From positions 571,835 to 635,834 of the forward strand of contig MU004233.1 in the NCBI GenBank assembly GCA_010405405.1: a stretch of 64,000 nucleotides of DNA, read 5' to 3'. Both the position numbers and the translations under genes were made by a program. This stretch comes from Microthyrium microscopicum. Taxonomy: Eukaryota. The notes under the pieces are model-generated. The model saw only the letters and a list, made by a program, of their open reading frames with translations. It made no database searches and was not told the origin of the DNA. This document shows positions 51,247 to 63,012 of the stretch, piece after piece (position 1 is the stretch's first letter; every line of letters starts with the position of its first letter).

Positions 51247-54200
51247 CTAACTCCGCCGACTCTTACGGAGACCAAACTCCTCCGCCTGCAACTGCAGCGC
51301 GACTTTCAAGCTCGCCTCCTCTTCGGGACTTAATTCCACCGCCGGACTCAAGCGTGTGAGGGATGCAGTCCGCTGTTTGATGATTGGAGAAGCACTTTTG
51401 CCAACCGTCGTTGGGGAGGTGGATTTGCCGGTGGAAGAGGATGTGTTCTTGGTGCGTGTGAAGCTTGGCGAGGTTGTCGTCCGTTTTGACGCTGCTTTGG
51501 ACGCAGGTTTGGATGCAGATGGGGCAGGGTTGCTTATGTGTCTGGTGATGGGTTGTTTGGTGGGTAAGGAGGATCCATTGGGCAGTGGTGTGGGTGTTGG
51601 CGAAGCTGGTGGTGCGGCGGATGTGAGGAATGGATCAAGGGGCATGTCTGCTTCTGTCGAGTCCATGTCATCTGCGGCATCGAGAGGATGATGGGCTTCG
51701 ATGGACGTTTCAATGGACGTGGGATCATCGTCGAAGATATCCGAGGCGTCGAGGTCCATGCTATCTTCGCCATCCATAAAAAGTGCTGGATCGAATGCCA
51801 TGGCGTCGGAAGCAAGGCGTTTTGCAAGCGGCTCATCAGCAGCGGCGCCGCTAGATTTGCGCTTGCGGCGGCTCCGGGAGTTGAGCAGAACCATTTGCTT
51901 GTCAGGATCGATCTTGCCAGTCTCATCATGAATGCAGCGGCGCTTGCTTTTCCGGCAGTCCACGCAGGCCTTACCCCAGCGTCGCTTGCCATCGGAGTTT
52001 TGGCTCAACTTGCCCACCAATTCCTTGTCACGAACCTTCGCGACAACACCATCGCCAGGCTGACCACTCGTACTCCCATTAGGAGACGTTGTCGCAAGAC
52101 CAGCTAGAGTCTGTGGGTCGACGTGCTTGCAAGCGATCTTCTTCTCCCTACAGCTTTCGCACACAACCTTCTTCGGACCCAATCGATGGCTAGTACGCGC
52201 TTCTGCGGCGCTATTAGCCCGTCGTTCGGACTTGCGTGGCTCAACTGGAGTGGCAGCAGGTTTATCGGCTTTTTGATCGAGTCTCGTAGGTAGCACTGCG
52301 TCAGGATATGCCCACTCGGGAAGATTCTCGTTACCGCGTTTCCAAGCAACCCAACAAGCAAATCTGCGAGCTAGGTCAAGCGGTTCGCCATATCCCTTAG
52401 GAATGCTGCGCGTCACGGCCTGCTTGCTCTTTTGTGGAATTCCTTCTAATCGATCCAGAGAAATGAGTACTGTTCGGAAGATGAATTTGAGCAGTTCAGG
52501 CCAACCCTCGATTTCGGATTTCGCATAGTATTTGTGATTGAACAACTCCGGATTCGGTGTCGAGTTTTTACCAAAGGCATCAAACTCTTGCCAGATAGGC
52601 GTATCTCGTGGGAATTGGTTACCAGAAAGAAGGTCCTTCTCCACAGTGTCCGGAATCGGATCGAGTTCCAGGTACTTCAGCATGGTATACCACTGGACTT
52701 TTTGGAAGGACGGATATCGGTATTGCGGCGTGACTCCTGTCGTCTTTTCCAGTTCGTTGATTCGCAATTGCATATCGAGGTGTAGTTTCGTCAAGAAATT
52801 ACCGCCAACAACAAGACTATCCTCTGGAGTCCAGACCGAATGAATCCACCCAGAAGGAATAAGCATGGTATCACCAGCCTCCAAGTCAACCCGATAGCAT
52901 TCCTTGGTTTGGTCCGGGAAGAATGTCTCGTTCTGTGCCGGAGAAATACACCAGTCCTCGTACTTCTTCAAGTTCTGTTTCGTTGGAGGAACAAAGAAGA
53001 AGACCTTTTTGCCCTTCAGGACGTGGTAGAACACAGAAGATCCACCAAAGTCAATGTGAAAATCCGTATAGCAATCAGCGACTGACATGAGAACGTAGTA
53101 CTTGACAGCTTTTCGGGTCAAGTCTGTAGCTGGCCATACAGCATCCTGCAAATCTAGCTTCCGCACAACATCCGGCCTTTGTAAAAGTTTCCCCATAGGT
53201 GAGTAAGAGACCTCCAAGCTGATGACGTTTCGAATTGGCTTGTCTCCAGGTGATTCGTAGTAGTCTGCCCATCTCCCTAAAGTCCATTTCTTTCCCTTGT
53301 CGCCTTCTTGAGACTTTACATCAATAACGTTCAGGGGAGCACTGGGCCCATGTAATTCAGCGACGCGACGAACAGTAAGTCCTTCAGGAATAACCATGCC
53401 CAACTTGTCTTGAGCATGATCATTGACTAGTTCTTGAGCAAAATCATCTGCCTCTTCTGATTCCGGGATTTTCAGTTCACTGCCATCTTCAGAGTGATAA
53501 AATACGTTCTGCTCTTGGAATGGCCTGGGATTGAGGGCGCGAGGAACAACAATGGGTTCAGTCATTGCAGGCAAACGTTCCAGGTATTCCAAAGTAATAT
53601 CTTCTGGCGCCATCCGGGGAAATGTCTCCGGGAGAACATATTTAATGTTGCCGTTCTTGAATGCCTTGATGTATCGGTGTTCATGGTTTTCTTCCACGGT
53701 GCTAAAATGACCTTCATTCAAGCTGGAGTAGTCCACGTTCGTGCGAGCCCTGGCGGATTTGCGTACAAAAGTGCTAGGGCCAAACGTTGGCTTGCAGCCT
53801 TCACAATAAAATTTATCAATCAGTTGGATTTCCTTCGTGGTGATGTTGGCACATGCAAAGTGCAACCAATTCTGACAGCCATTGCATTGAAGCCAGTCCA
53901 CACTATCCCCTGTCAGCGAGTTGGCAAAGAATCCGCACCCAAGGCATTTTGTTTCCTCGTCCATTTTGGCGGCCTGGCTGTCCACTGCTTCCTGGGCGTC
54001 TTTGGTAGACAACGAAACATTTGGCACTGATTCGTCGAGCTCCATCTTGTCCGCGTTTGCTTCTACCAAAGGTATAGTATCTACAGCATCTATCGTTGCT
54101 TGGCTATCATCAATCGTTTCGACGGATATTCCGAGGCCTTGGTTTAACATATCAGGGTCCACTTTGACAGATACACTTGATTGTCCCTGTGTAACTTTCG

Positions 54201-55248
54201 ATTCTTCAAGTTCTGACGGTAGGCTTTGCGGCGAGTGTAAAGGGTTCTGCAATCGTGCTTGTGCTTTTGGTGCTTTCCTCTTTTTTGAAGATCGCGGCGG
54301 TTTGGTTAGTTTGGACCTGGTCGCAGAGCCTGCGCCTAGACCATTTATATCAGGTATGGCCATTGTAGCCGATGGATTCTGGTTTTGTGGTGACGCATCG
54401 TCGTCTTCGGGTGGAGTATGAGTTTGCACAGATGATGGTTGAAATGTCGAGGTACCTTCAGCAGGAAGATTCGGTGCCATTAGGTGGGTATCTAGAGAGG
54501 ATGCCTGATAATATCGATCTTGTGACTCCTCGTTCGTGTTGAGCGGCGCGTATGGGATGGATCTGCTCCATATACTACCCGCCGCAGATTCGTTTGGGGT
54601 TCGGGCAGCATCAAGTTGTGGTGTGGGATGGATTGAGCTCCCTGTAGGCGAAGACTGCCCATTGCTTCGAAACAGATTCAGAAGACCTTCCGCGACTTGC
54701 AGCTCTGACGCGTTGTACGAGGTATTTGGCGATTGTTGAGACAAAGTGGTCTCAATCGCGCCTTCCACATTACCACCCCATAACCCCGACGGTAGGTAGC
54801 TTGTCGCTGGCCGCGAAGAGCCAGAGGAGAAGTGATACTGGAACTGATGCGGGGATGGCAAGAGCTCAGAGCGGGCGCGCTTGGAAGGTCGTTCGGAGTT
54901 TGCAGAACTTTCCGCAGTTGCAACGGCTGCGAGGGTATCTATTGGCGAGAGTGGAACCGTTGAGATGCTGTGACGACTTTGATGCCAGGCATTGATAGGC
55001 GGAGGCCTCTGGCCGGCCGTATTGGTATTGGAAGCTCGAGGGCGACGTGTAGCGGGTCGGCGACGTGCATTTCGAGTTTGGAACGGTTGATCGGAGATTG
55101 ACGACGCGCGGGGTAGGGAAAGCGAATCGGCAATTGACTGTATGATCTTCGAGTTTGGCAGGAATTCGATAGCATGAGCTATTGGGGGAGGAGTCGAGGC
55201 ACGAGATTGCTGGTCGATAGAGTCGGGTCGGAATGGGTTGGCAGGCAT
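51247..55248 (-). CDS. JHD1: PHD + JmjC histone demethylase (JHD1/KDM2-like)
   Basis: PHD WLQCNGCQNWLHFAC..FYCEGC, JmjC TDFHIDFGGSSVFYH..GWIHSVWTP, long uninterrupted ORF. Confidence 0.88.
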   Translation of the reverse strand: MPANPFRPDSIDQQSRASTPPPIAHAIEFLPNSKIIQSIADSLSLPRASSISDQPFQTRNARRRPATRRPRASNTNTAGQRPPPINAWHQSRHSISTVPLSPIDTLAAVATAESSANSERPSKRARSELLPSPHQFQYHFSSGSSRPATSYLPSGLWGGNVEGAIETTLSQQSPNTSYNASELQVAEGLLNLFRSNGQSSPTGSSIHPTPQLDAARTPNESAAGSIWSRSIPYAPLNTNEESQDRYYQASSLDTHLMAPNLPAEGTSTFQPSSVQTHTPPEDDDASPQNQNPSATMAIPDINGLGAGSATRSKLTKPPRSSKKRKAPKAQARLQNPLHSPQSLPSELEESKVTQGQSSVSVKVDPDMLNQGLGISVETIDDSQATIDAVDTIPLVEANADKMELDESVPNVSLSTKDAQEAVDSQAAKMDEETKCLGCGFFANSLTGDSVDWLQCNGCQNWLHFACANITTKEIQLIDKFYCEGCKPTFGPSTFVRKSARARTNVDYSSLNEGHFSTVEENHEHRYIKAFKNGNIKYVLPETFPRMAPEDITLEYLERLPAMTEPIVVPRALNPRPFQEQNVFYHSEDGSELKIPESEEADDFAQELVNDHAQDKLGMVIPEGLTVRRVAELHGPSAPLNVIDVKSQEGDKGKKWTLGRWADYYESPGDKPIRNVISLEVSYSPMGKLLQRPDVVRKLDLQDAVWPATDLTRKAVKYYVLMSVADCYTDFHIDFGGSSVFYHVLKGKKVFFFVPPTKQNLKKYEDWCISPAQNETFFPDQTKECYRVDLEAGDTMLIPSGWIHSVWTPEDSLVVGGNFLTKLHLDMQLRINELEKTTGVTPQYRYPSFQKVQWYTMLKYLELDPIPDTVEKDLLSGNQFPRDTPIWQEFDAFGKNSTPNPELFNHKYYAKSEIEGWPELLKFIFRTVLISLDRLEGIPQKSKQAVTRSIPKGYGEPLDLARRFACWVAWKRGNENLPEWAYPDAVLPTRLDQKADKPAATPVEPRKSERRANSAAEARTSHRLGPKKVVCESCREKKIACKHVDPQTLAGLATTSPNGSTSGQPGDGVVAKVRDKELVGKLSQNSDGKRRWGKACVDCRKSKRRCIHDETGKIDPDKQMVLLNSRSRRKRKSSGAAADEPLAKRLASDAMAFDPALFMDGEDSMDLDASDIFDDDPTSIETSIEAHHPLDAADDMDSTEADMPLDPFLTSAAPPASPTPTPLPNGSSLPTKQPITRHISNPAPSASKPASKAASKRTTTSPSFTRTKNTSSSTGKSTSPTTVGKSASPIIKQRTASLTRLSPAVELSPEEEASLKVALQLQAEEFGLRKSRRS

Positions 55249-56058
55249 GATGTTGTGGTGACTGGCGCTTTGAGGAAGCGGCAAGTTCAGCTCGCCAACC
55301 CAAGTTGTGATTGTTAGTACTGTGTATCGCAGCGAGGAGGATTTACAACGATCGGAGAGAGCATAATCTGAAGAGTCCTGACTGATAGGAGGAGCACAGG
55401 TAGGAGCAAGGGCAGGTGGAAGAATGGAGAGTGGTGGGTGTGAACGAGTTGTGGTTGCGGTAGAGCAGCGAGAACGAGTGGTGTTGAAGCTCCCAGTCTA
55501 CCTACTTTGGAGAGGGGACCTTATGTAAGCTGCCAAGCACTGCATACCAGTTGACTTTAACCACACCCGGCCTTTAATACGCAAATTCGAGCCTAAATCT
55601 CACTCATGGATATATTGCAGGCGCTTTCTGAAGCAATCTCCCAGCAATAACTCTTTACTCTGTGTTCATCTACAATGTCATGGTAGGTTTGGAATGGAAT
55701 ATGAGTGAATAATTGGTATTGATTCATGATAAGTGATCTATTCTTTTGCAATTCTCCACACTCGATGCCATATTTTTCGCGAACCGCCTTTCAAGGCGGC
55801 GCTTCTTCTTGGAGACCTTTCCTGCACTAACTCGATGGCCAACTGTTATTGAGAACCTACTACCTGATCAGTTGTCGTAGGTTCTCGCTCCATTCTGCAG
55901 CACGTGGTTGTAGGTCGTCGTATTGGGCATTTGCTGGTCCACGAAAGTTGAGAGAGCTCACATGGCGAAGTATCCAGAATGCGTTGCCTAATTGTATACA
56001 CTGGATTTCAACAAGCAGCCGGTTGGCTTCCGATAGCATGCCAATCTTTTCTGTTTTT

Positions 56059-57087
56059 TCAACCAAGAAGCTTCAATCCACCTTTTTTCTTCTGTTTCTT
56101 ATGTACTCCAGAGTTGGTATTGGCTCCCAAGTAACGACCACCGCCACTGCCTTTCTTGCCCTTGGACGCATCTGGGACGACGGACTTGATCTCGGTAGTG
56201 CTACGTTTGATCAGTACAGGATGACTACCAATATATTTGCCGTTCATGTCTTTGGCAGCCTGGAAATAATCGTCACTGTTGCGGAAGCTCACAAATCCAA
56301 ATCCTTTACTCTTCGAGCTTCTTTTGTCGCGAATGACTTTTGCTTTTTGGACCGACGAGTATTGAGAAAAGGCTTTGAGCAATGAGTCATCCGTAACTTC
56401 GCCAGCGAGATTGCCAATGAATAGACGCGGATGCGCTGGATCCCATTCAAGAAGTGATGGATCCTGCCATGTCTTGCCGCCTCCACTTCGCACAACAGTC
56501 TTTTGAGTCCCATCAGCACCAGACACGACTGCCGCAACACCAGAGTCAGGAGCCGTTGCATTCCCAACATCAATGTTACCTGACGGGCGAGGGCCTAGTG
56601 GGGTGTAATTCGCATTGCCTCCTGCTGCCACCCCATTCTTCGGCGCATTTGGGTCGTCCTTGGAAACGTATGCACTTTGCCATTGCGCGATTTGTGCGTC
56701 AAGATCTGGATCTGGAGCGGCATATGGGCCTGTAGCTTGTGGCGGCGATGCATAGGCACCAGGTTGTGGATATGCGCCCATGGATGGCTGAGCGTAGTAT
56801 TGTCCTGTATAGCCAGATTGTTGGTAACCAGTTGAGGGTACTGGATTCGCTGAAACGGCCGGTGTATATTGTTGTTGCCATCCTGAAGCGGCTGGTTGAG
56901 TCGCAACGGAGCGAGGCATAAAGCTCATGGAGGACGCATAGCCACCGCGACCGCCACCATTTGTATTTCCATTTTTATATGCCGGAAGAGGGTTTGCTGG
57001 CGCAGGAGGGCGGGCGGGTAGTGATGGATGAGTCGATGTCGACTGAGAATTTTTGTTCAGCGGTGGAGGGTTTGGATAGTGAGACAT
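56059..57087 (-). CDS. RRM RNA-binding protein, RBM42-like
   Basis: RSGGGKTWQDPSLLEWDP followed by an RRM (RLFIGNL, KGFGFVSF, MNGKYIGSHP). Confidence 0.85.
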   Translation of the reverse strand: MSHYPNPPPLNKNSQSTSTHPSLPARPPAPANPLPAYKNGNTNGGGRGGYASSMSFMPRSVATQPAASGWQQQYTPAVSANPVPSTGYQQSGYTGQYYAQPSMGAYPQPGAYASPPQATGPYAAPDPDLDAQIAQWQSAYVSKDDPNAPKNGVAAGGNANYTPLGPRPSGNIDVGNATAPDSGVAAVVSGADGTQKTVVRSGGGKTWQDPSLLEWDPAHPRLFIGNLAGEVTDDSLLKAFSQYSSVQKAKVIRDKRSSKSKGFGFVSFRNSDDYFQAAKDMNGKYIGSHPVLIKRSTTEIKSVVPDASKGKKGSGGGRYLGANTNSGVHKKQKKKGGLKLLG

Positions 57088-58389
57088 ATTGGATATGGGA
57101 GGAGAGCGACAAGGCACAGATGTCGGGAAGCTTAAAAGGGTGAAACTTACGTAGCCGACGAAGCAGGTCTAGTTCGCGTACAGTGTCTGCAGATTGACCA
57201 AGACAGCACAGAGAAGTATTGTATGAGACAGGCTCAGCTTGAAGGGGATTGTGATTCTGATGAGGTTGTGGTAGTTGACGGTTTAAGAGAAAGTTGTTGA
57301 GGAAATCAAGTGACAAGTTTGGTGAAAGAAATGCCAAGGCTGGTCAGGTGACCAGGCTCATCTCATCAAGCTTTGACTCCTTAAAATTTTGACCTTAACG
57401 ACAACACCAAGAGTCTTTTGTCACACTTCATTCAAACTGCTATTTTCGGCTTATATCATGGCGACCATCGTGAAATGTCCGTCAGCTACGAGGAAACGGA
57501 CGTACAGTTCATATCAAGAGCTACAGCATCCAAAGTTACAGGCCAGCGGCGCGTCCTGGATATTTGTCAGGCTCACTTCCCTCTCAAGCCGCTAATACGT
57601 CCATGTATGGCATAGAAGTAATCATTTGTTTATCCGAGGACGCAATTTGAGGATATATTGATGTCGCTGGCATGTTGATGTTTTTGCTTTTTCTGGGCTG
57701 GTCACTGGTGACAGCCTTGCGGCCAGCCGGAAACCGCGGGGAAAATGAGGGGCATTTGTTTCCAAACATTCAACATTGAATTCATCGTTGATCTCTTGAG
57801 CATTGAGAATCGAGAACACACCAACTTACTTCTTGTCACTGCTGGTACTCGTCTCTTATGCTATCAAGGAACTGGTAGGCCGGAGGAAGAAATGATTCGT
57901 AATCTATCAAATTCGACTGTCTTTTAGTAGCAGTTAAGCTAGCAATCCAGGTCATAATGCTTACACACATGTTCCCTCCAATGTGTTATGGTATTGTCCA
58001 ATGCTAGACCGTGAAGCAGCCAGGAATATGCACTTGCAAGCGGAAAAGGCTGATAAAGAAACAATTGTATGGAATTAACCACTCAAGCTTCTCACTGACG
58101 GCTAGCTACAGCCTACAGCAGCTTCCGCGGCCTTTAGCAAGGCAAATCATAAGCAAGCATCTCCTTGGTGCTCGTCTGTCATCAATTGATCCATCCTCAA
58201 ACACCCCACTCTCTGCTTGCTTTGCTGCCGTCAAAATATCTGCCCCATATTTCTTCGGCTGCTTTACCCACCTCTTCTTCTCCCTCTTCGTCGTCTTCGT
58301 CATTTACCAACTCATTCCCTTCCTAAACCTATCTCTTCCTTGAGAGATACCTATATAGCCTCCAACCAGCAACAACACATTTCGTAATC

Positions 58390-60384
58390 ATGGCTGAACC
58401 AAAGTAAGCTACCCCACCATGTCTCCGCCTCCTCCGAGCCTCGCATTATCCGCTCAAAAGCTCGTGAGCTTCAAGGCGCGGACACATTGGCTCATGAAAA
58501 TATGCTTGGAGCTTCACCAAGCACAAACCAGAGCTCAATCATACATTACAATGCTAACACTAGCTCAGAGGAGACTTTGGCCTCATTGGCCTCGCCGTCA
58601 TGGGTCAGAATCTAATCCTCAACATGGCTGACCACGGCTTCACTGTTATTGCATTCAACCGAACCGTCGCCAAAGTCGACCGCTTCATAGAAAACGAGGC
58701 CAAAGGCAAATCCATCATTGGTGTACACTCCATCAAGGAGTTTGTCCAAAACCTCAAGAAGCCCCGACGAATGATGATGCTCGTCCAAGCCGGCCAAGCC
58801 GTTGACGACTTTATTGAGCATATCATCACTGGTATAGCATGACTAATCCGACTACTCAAAGACAAGCATGCTAACTGCAGACAGAGGGTGGAGCTGAGCC
58901 TGGCGACATTATCATCGATGGCGGCAACTCTCACTTTCCCGACTCTAACCGACGCGCCCAATACCTTGCGGGAAAAGGCTTCCGCTTTGTAGGAACTGGT
59001 GTTTCTGGTGGTGAGGAAGGTGCTCGTTATGGCCCTTCGATTATGCCAGGTGGTAATGAGGAGGCATGGCCATATGTCAAGGATGTTCTCCAGTCCATCT
59101 CTGCAAAGAGCGACGGCGAGCCTTGCTGTCAATGGGTCGGCGATGGTTAGTCATGATGTCAAATGTGCTTTGACGATTGCTAACAAAGTCTCAGATGGTG
59201 CTGGCCACTACGTCAAGATGGTCCACAACGGTATCGAATACGGTGACATGCAACTCATTTCCGAAGTACTGATCCCATAATCAGAATAACTCGGTTACTA
59301 ATCATTTCAGGCCTATGATATCATGAAGCGTGGTCTAGGCTTGTCCAACAAGGAGATGGGAGATGTCTTTACCAAATGGAACAAGGGTGTGCTAGACTCT
59401 TTCCTGATTGAGATTACCCGCGACATCGTAAGCGACCCAGAATAACTCTTCGGATACCGATACTAATCATAAAACAGATGTACTTTAATGATGACGATGG
59501 CAAGGCAAGGCGCAGCTTTGAACCTACTGATTTTGACATCACTGACTCTTTTTAGCCCCTTCTCGAGAAGATCCTCGATTCCGCTGGACAAAAGGGTACC
59601 GGCAAGGTAAGTATTACAACTAGGTTCGGGAACTGGCCTAACAGCTTGACAGTGGACAGCCATCAACGCCCTCGATCTCGGTATGCCAGTCACCCTGATC
59701 GGAGAAGCCGTCTTCGCCCGCTGCCTAAGCTCCGTCAAGCCAGAACGTGTACGCGCCTCCAAGATTCTCTCCGGCCCTACACCCAACTTCACCGGTGACA
59801 AACAAGAATTCCTCGACAACCTCGAGCAAGCTCTCTACGCATCCAAGATCATCTCATATGCCCAAGGCTTCATGTTGATCCAGGACGCGGCCAAGGAGTA
59901 CAAGTGGAAGCTCAACAAGCCAGAAATCGCACTCATGTGGCGTGGAGGCTGTATCATCCGCTCTGTCTTCCTCAAGGACATCACCAAGGCATACCGTTCT
60001 AACCCAGATCTTGAGAACCTACTGTTCGACAAGTTCTTCACTGACGCCATTAACAAGGCTCAGCCAGGCTGGCGTGACGTTGTCTCCAAGGCCGCAATCT
60101 GGGGTATTCCACTGCCAGCTTTCAGCACTGCGTTGTCTTTCTACGACGGATACCGCACTGCTGATTTGCCTGCCAACCTTCTACAAGCTCAACGTGATTA
60201 CTTCGGCGCCCACACCTTCCTCGTCAAGCCAGAAGCCGCCAACGAAAAGTATCCAGAAGGCAAACATATTCACGGTAAGTTCACCTAGCCCTCCATCATA
60301 TAGCAACACAGAGCTAATAATTCGTCTCTAGTCAACTGGACCGGTCGTGGTGGTGAGGTAAGCGCGAGTACCTACAATGCTTAA
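58390..60384 (+). CDS. GND1: 6-phosphogluconate dehydrogenase, decarboxylating
   Basis: [72 protein letters not shown]; multiple short introns. Confidence 0.96.
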
Positions 60385-61250
60385 GTTGCCATAAAAAAAG
60401 AAGAAAAGTCTGCTGTCATAAAACAACATGTATGTTGCTTGAAAACGAAACAATTCTTTTGGTCACCCTTTTACCTTTTTTCCCTAGCTCTTTCCGAGCA
60501 TTCATTTGCTTCGTTTCCGTTTTATGTGCAGGCCCTCATTCTTTTCTGTGTTAGATAGTCGATGGCCTCTATAGAACGGATCTCGATCGCCCTGGCGCCA
60601 GTACGGTCGACGATAAAAATAAGATCAAGGGTCGGTTGTGAGGAGTGCTGGATGGGAAGGCAAATGGGAGATAGAAATAATTTGATTGCTGTTTATGATG
60701 ATTTTGAGACTGTGATGTGAATTGAGTGCCATGCGAAAGAAATCGTCTGGTCTCTGTGGTAGCCTTTAATTTCGGCCCCTATTGACTCCTTTAGACCCTA
60801 TGTAAACCGCTAGATCTCCAGTATTGAACACAATCCATAAACTTCCTACAAAGGTGGTTTACCCCAAAGACTGCGTTTAGATTTCAAGTGTCCATCGACT
60901 TGGATACTCCTATATTTCGAGCTTGTCTCAAAAAGGTTAGACAAAACATATTACCACCCTAGCGCCCGCTGACACAGCAGGACCCTGGTCTCTGAATTGG
61001 GAACAACTTGAACTCCCCGTTTGCATCTGATCGCCCTACAGAGCGACGCAACATCATCTCCTCCTCTTGAACACTTCTCCCTCCTCTTTCCCCTTCTTGT
61101 CTCTCCTTGGCGGTGCTGTGTGAACAACAATTTCTGGGGCAGCATTACCAGGTGTCTATTTGGGACCTGCCATCTATTACCTGCTGCTCGCGTGCATGCG
61201 TGGATAAAAGTTACGCGCCCATCCGTCGCTCGGGGGCTGTTTCGAGAAGT

Positions 61251-61275
61251 AAGAGCAAGAGCAAGAGCAAGAGCA
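61251..61275. repeat. (AAGAGC)n microsatellite
   Basis: About four tandem hexamer copies upstream of the Lsm12-like gene. Confidence 0.7.
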
Positions 61276-61394
61276 CGAAGCAGAACGGGGTGTGACAGCT
61301 GTTGCTGTAGAACGAAGCATTGGGCCAAAATCGTCCTCGAACATTCCGATAGATACGAATACTGCTTCCAAAACACCAAGGCTGACCCAAGACG

Positions 61395-62228
61395 ATGGAC
61401 CAAAAGCGCAATTCGGTAGTTGGCCGCGTCGCAACTCCAAAAGCTGGCGCTACGGGCGGATTGGGTGCACCTCAAAGCATGACTGAGCTCGACGCTGCCT
61501 TGCCTAAGGCCATTGGAGGCCGGTAAGTTCCAAAGTCACGACACCACTCCTATCAAACTAATATGTCGCTAGCATCCGCCTCACAACCTCCCAACCAAAC
61601 GCTACTTCTCTCGAGGGACTCCTCTTCACCGCCTGCCCAATTACGAACTTGCTCGTCATTAACACTGCTGCCGCGAATGCGCCAGGCGATTTCCACGTTA
61701 TCCCCGTCGCACAAGTCGCCAGCTACCAAATCCTATCCATCAACGACACCACCCCCTCCACCGACGCCACACCCACCATCAGCCGTCCCGAAATGGACGC
61801 CCTGCGCGCCCGCGAGGAAGATACGATTCGTAAGATGAAAGAATATGACAGCTCGCGCGGCAAAGGGGTGAGCAAAGAAGCGCAAGAAGTCTTTGACTGG
61901 TTCCGCCGGACGTAAGAGATTTCACCTCCCCATCTCTGCGGTAACGATGGCACAACTAGCTAACAAATCTCATAGTCTCCCAGTCCGTTGGAATAACCAG
62001 CAAATTGTGGTCAACGATGCTGTTGTCGTGAATCCTCCATACGCTGTTGAGGATTGCCGTGCGCCAAAGGATAAGCAGGCGGCGGAAAGCCAGATTAAGC
62101 GAGTGCTGGAGGGCTTCTATGCGAAGAAAAAGGGTGGTCATGTGGGCAGTAATGCGAATAGTGGTGCGAATACACCTGTGCCGGGCGGAAACCGACCGGT
62201 TCCTGCGTTACCGCGTAAGGGAGGCTGA
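61395..62228 (+). CDS. Lsm12-like protein (Lsm + anticodon-binding AD domain), 3 exons
   Basis: MDQKRNSVVGRVATPK, LEGLLFTACPITNLLVIN..GDFHVIPV, RGKGVSKEAQEVFDWF|LPVRWNNQQIVVNDAVVVNPPY; two GT-AG introns. Confidence 0.8.
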
Positions 62229-63012
62229 TGTTTTGACTGTACAAGCGATCGCATCGCATTATCTGAATGGGATAGCTCTCTGCTTACAGAGGGTGATTGA
62301 GATACCAGGTACTTGCTGTTAGCCGTGGCAAAATCAAATTTGATACCCCTAATTATGCAGCGCCTGTTGCTTCTATGTGCGGCAATCTTTGAATGGCCCA
62401 TACTAACTCTGGAGCGCAACTCATAAAGCTAATCACTAGCGACTTTCGGCACTAGCTTTTGGCAGACTGGAACTGAGCTCTGGTACTGTGGGCGACTATT
62501 GGAGAGGGTCGGTAGCTGAATCCTGAATTTTGTGAGATTAATGTCGGACTCCAGCGAACTGGGCAACCCCTTTGGATTATTAGAAGCTTACTAGAGTAGC
62601 TTATATTTCAAGACTTTACTTATAAAGGGATCGGGAACTAGCTATCAATACTGACTAAAATTGACTATAACTATATATTCCCACAAAAGGCGCTGTCGTA
62701 GTACATTAGGCCAAATGTTAGATTTTTGTCAGAGTATAAAATACCTAATAATGGCAAGATCCGAGCCTGACGGAAACAGGACGAGCTGAATGCCGACCCT
62801 CTCCATTGACCCAACAGAACTTCGAGTATGATTGAAACTATGGGTGCCTAGAAAAAGTCCTCCTTGCACTAAGGTACTTGTAAACAACAATTCCGATACC
62901 TATCTGTGGTCGTGTCTGCGAGCAATTGTCTTCCACAAATTACAAGTACCTCAGGATCTACCACTCGGAATCTTACAACATATCCAGACGCTTACAATCT
63001 CCAACTGTGAGG

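Noticed and set aside
51900..52170. Two Cys-rich CxxC..C motifs in the JHD1 C-terminus as a novel fusion
   Set aside because: Likely an ordinary feature of filamentous-fungal JHD1 proteins; no evidence here of novelty.
60951..61475. Several overlapping short ORFs upstream of the Lsm12-like gene
   Set aside because: No recognisable homology, and driven by the hexamer microsatellite in a promoter/UTR region.
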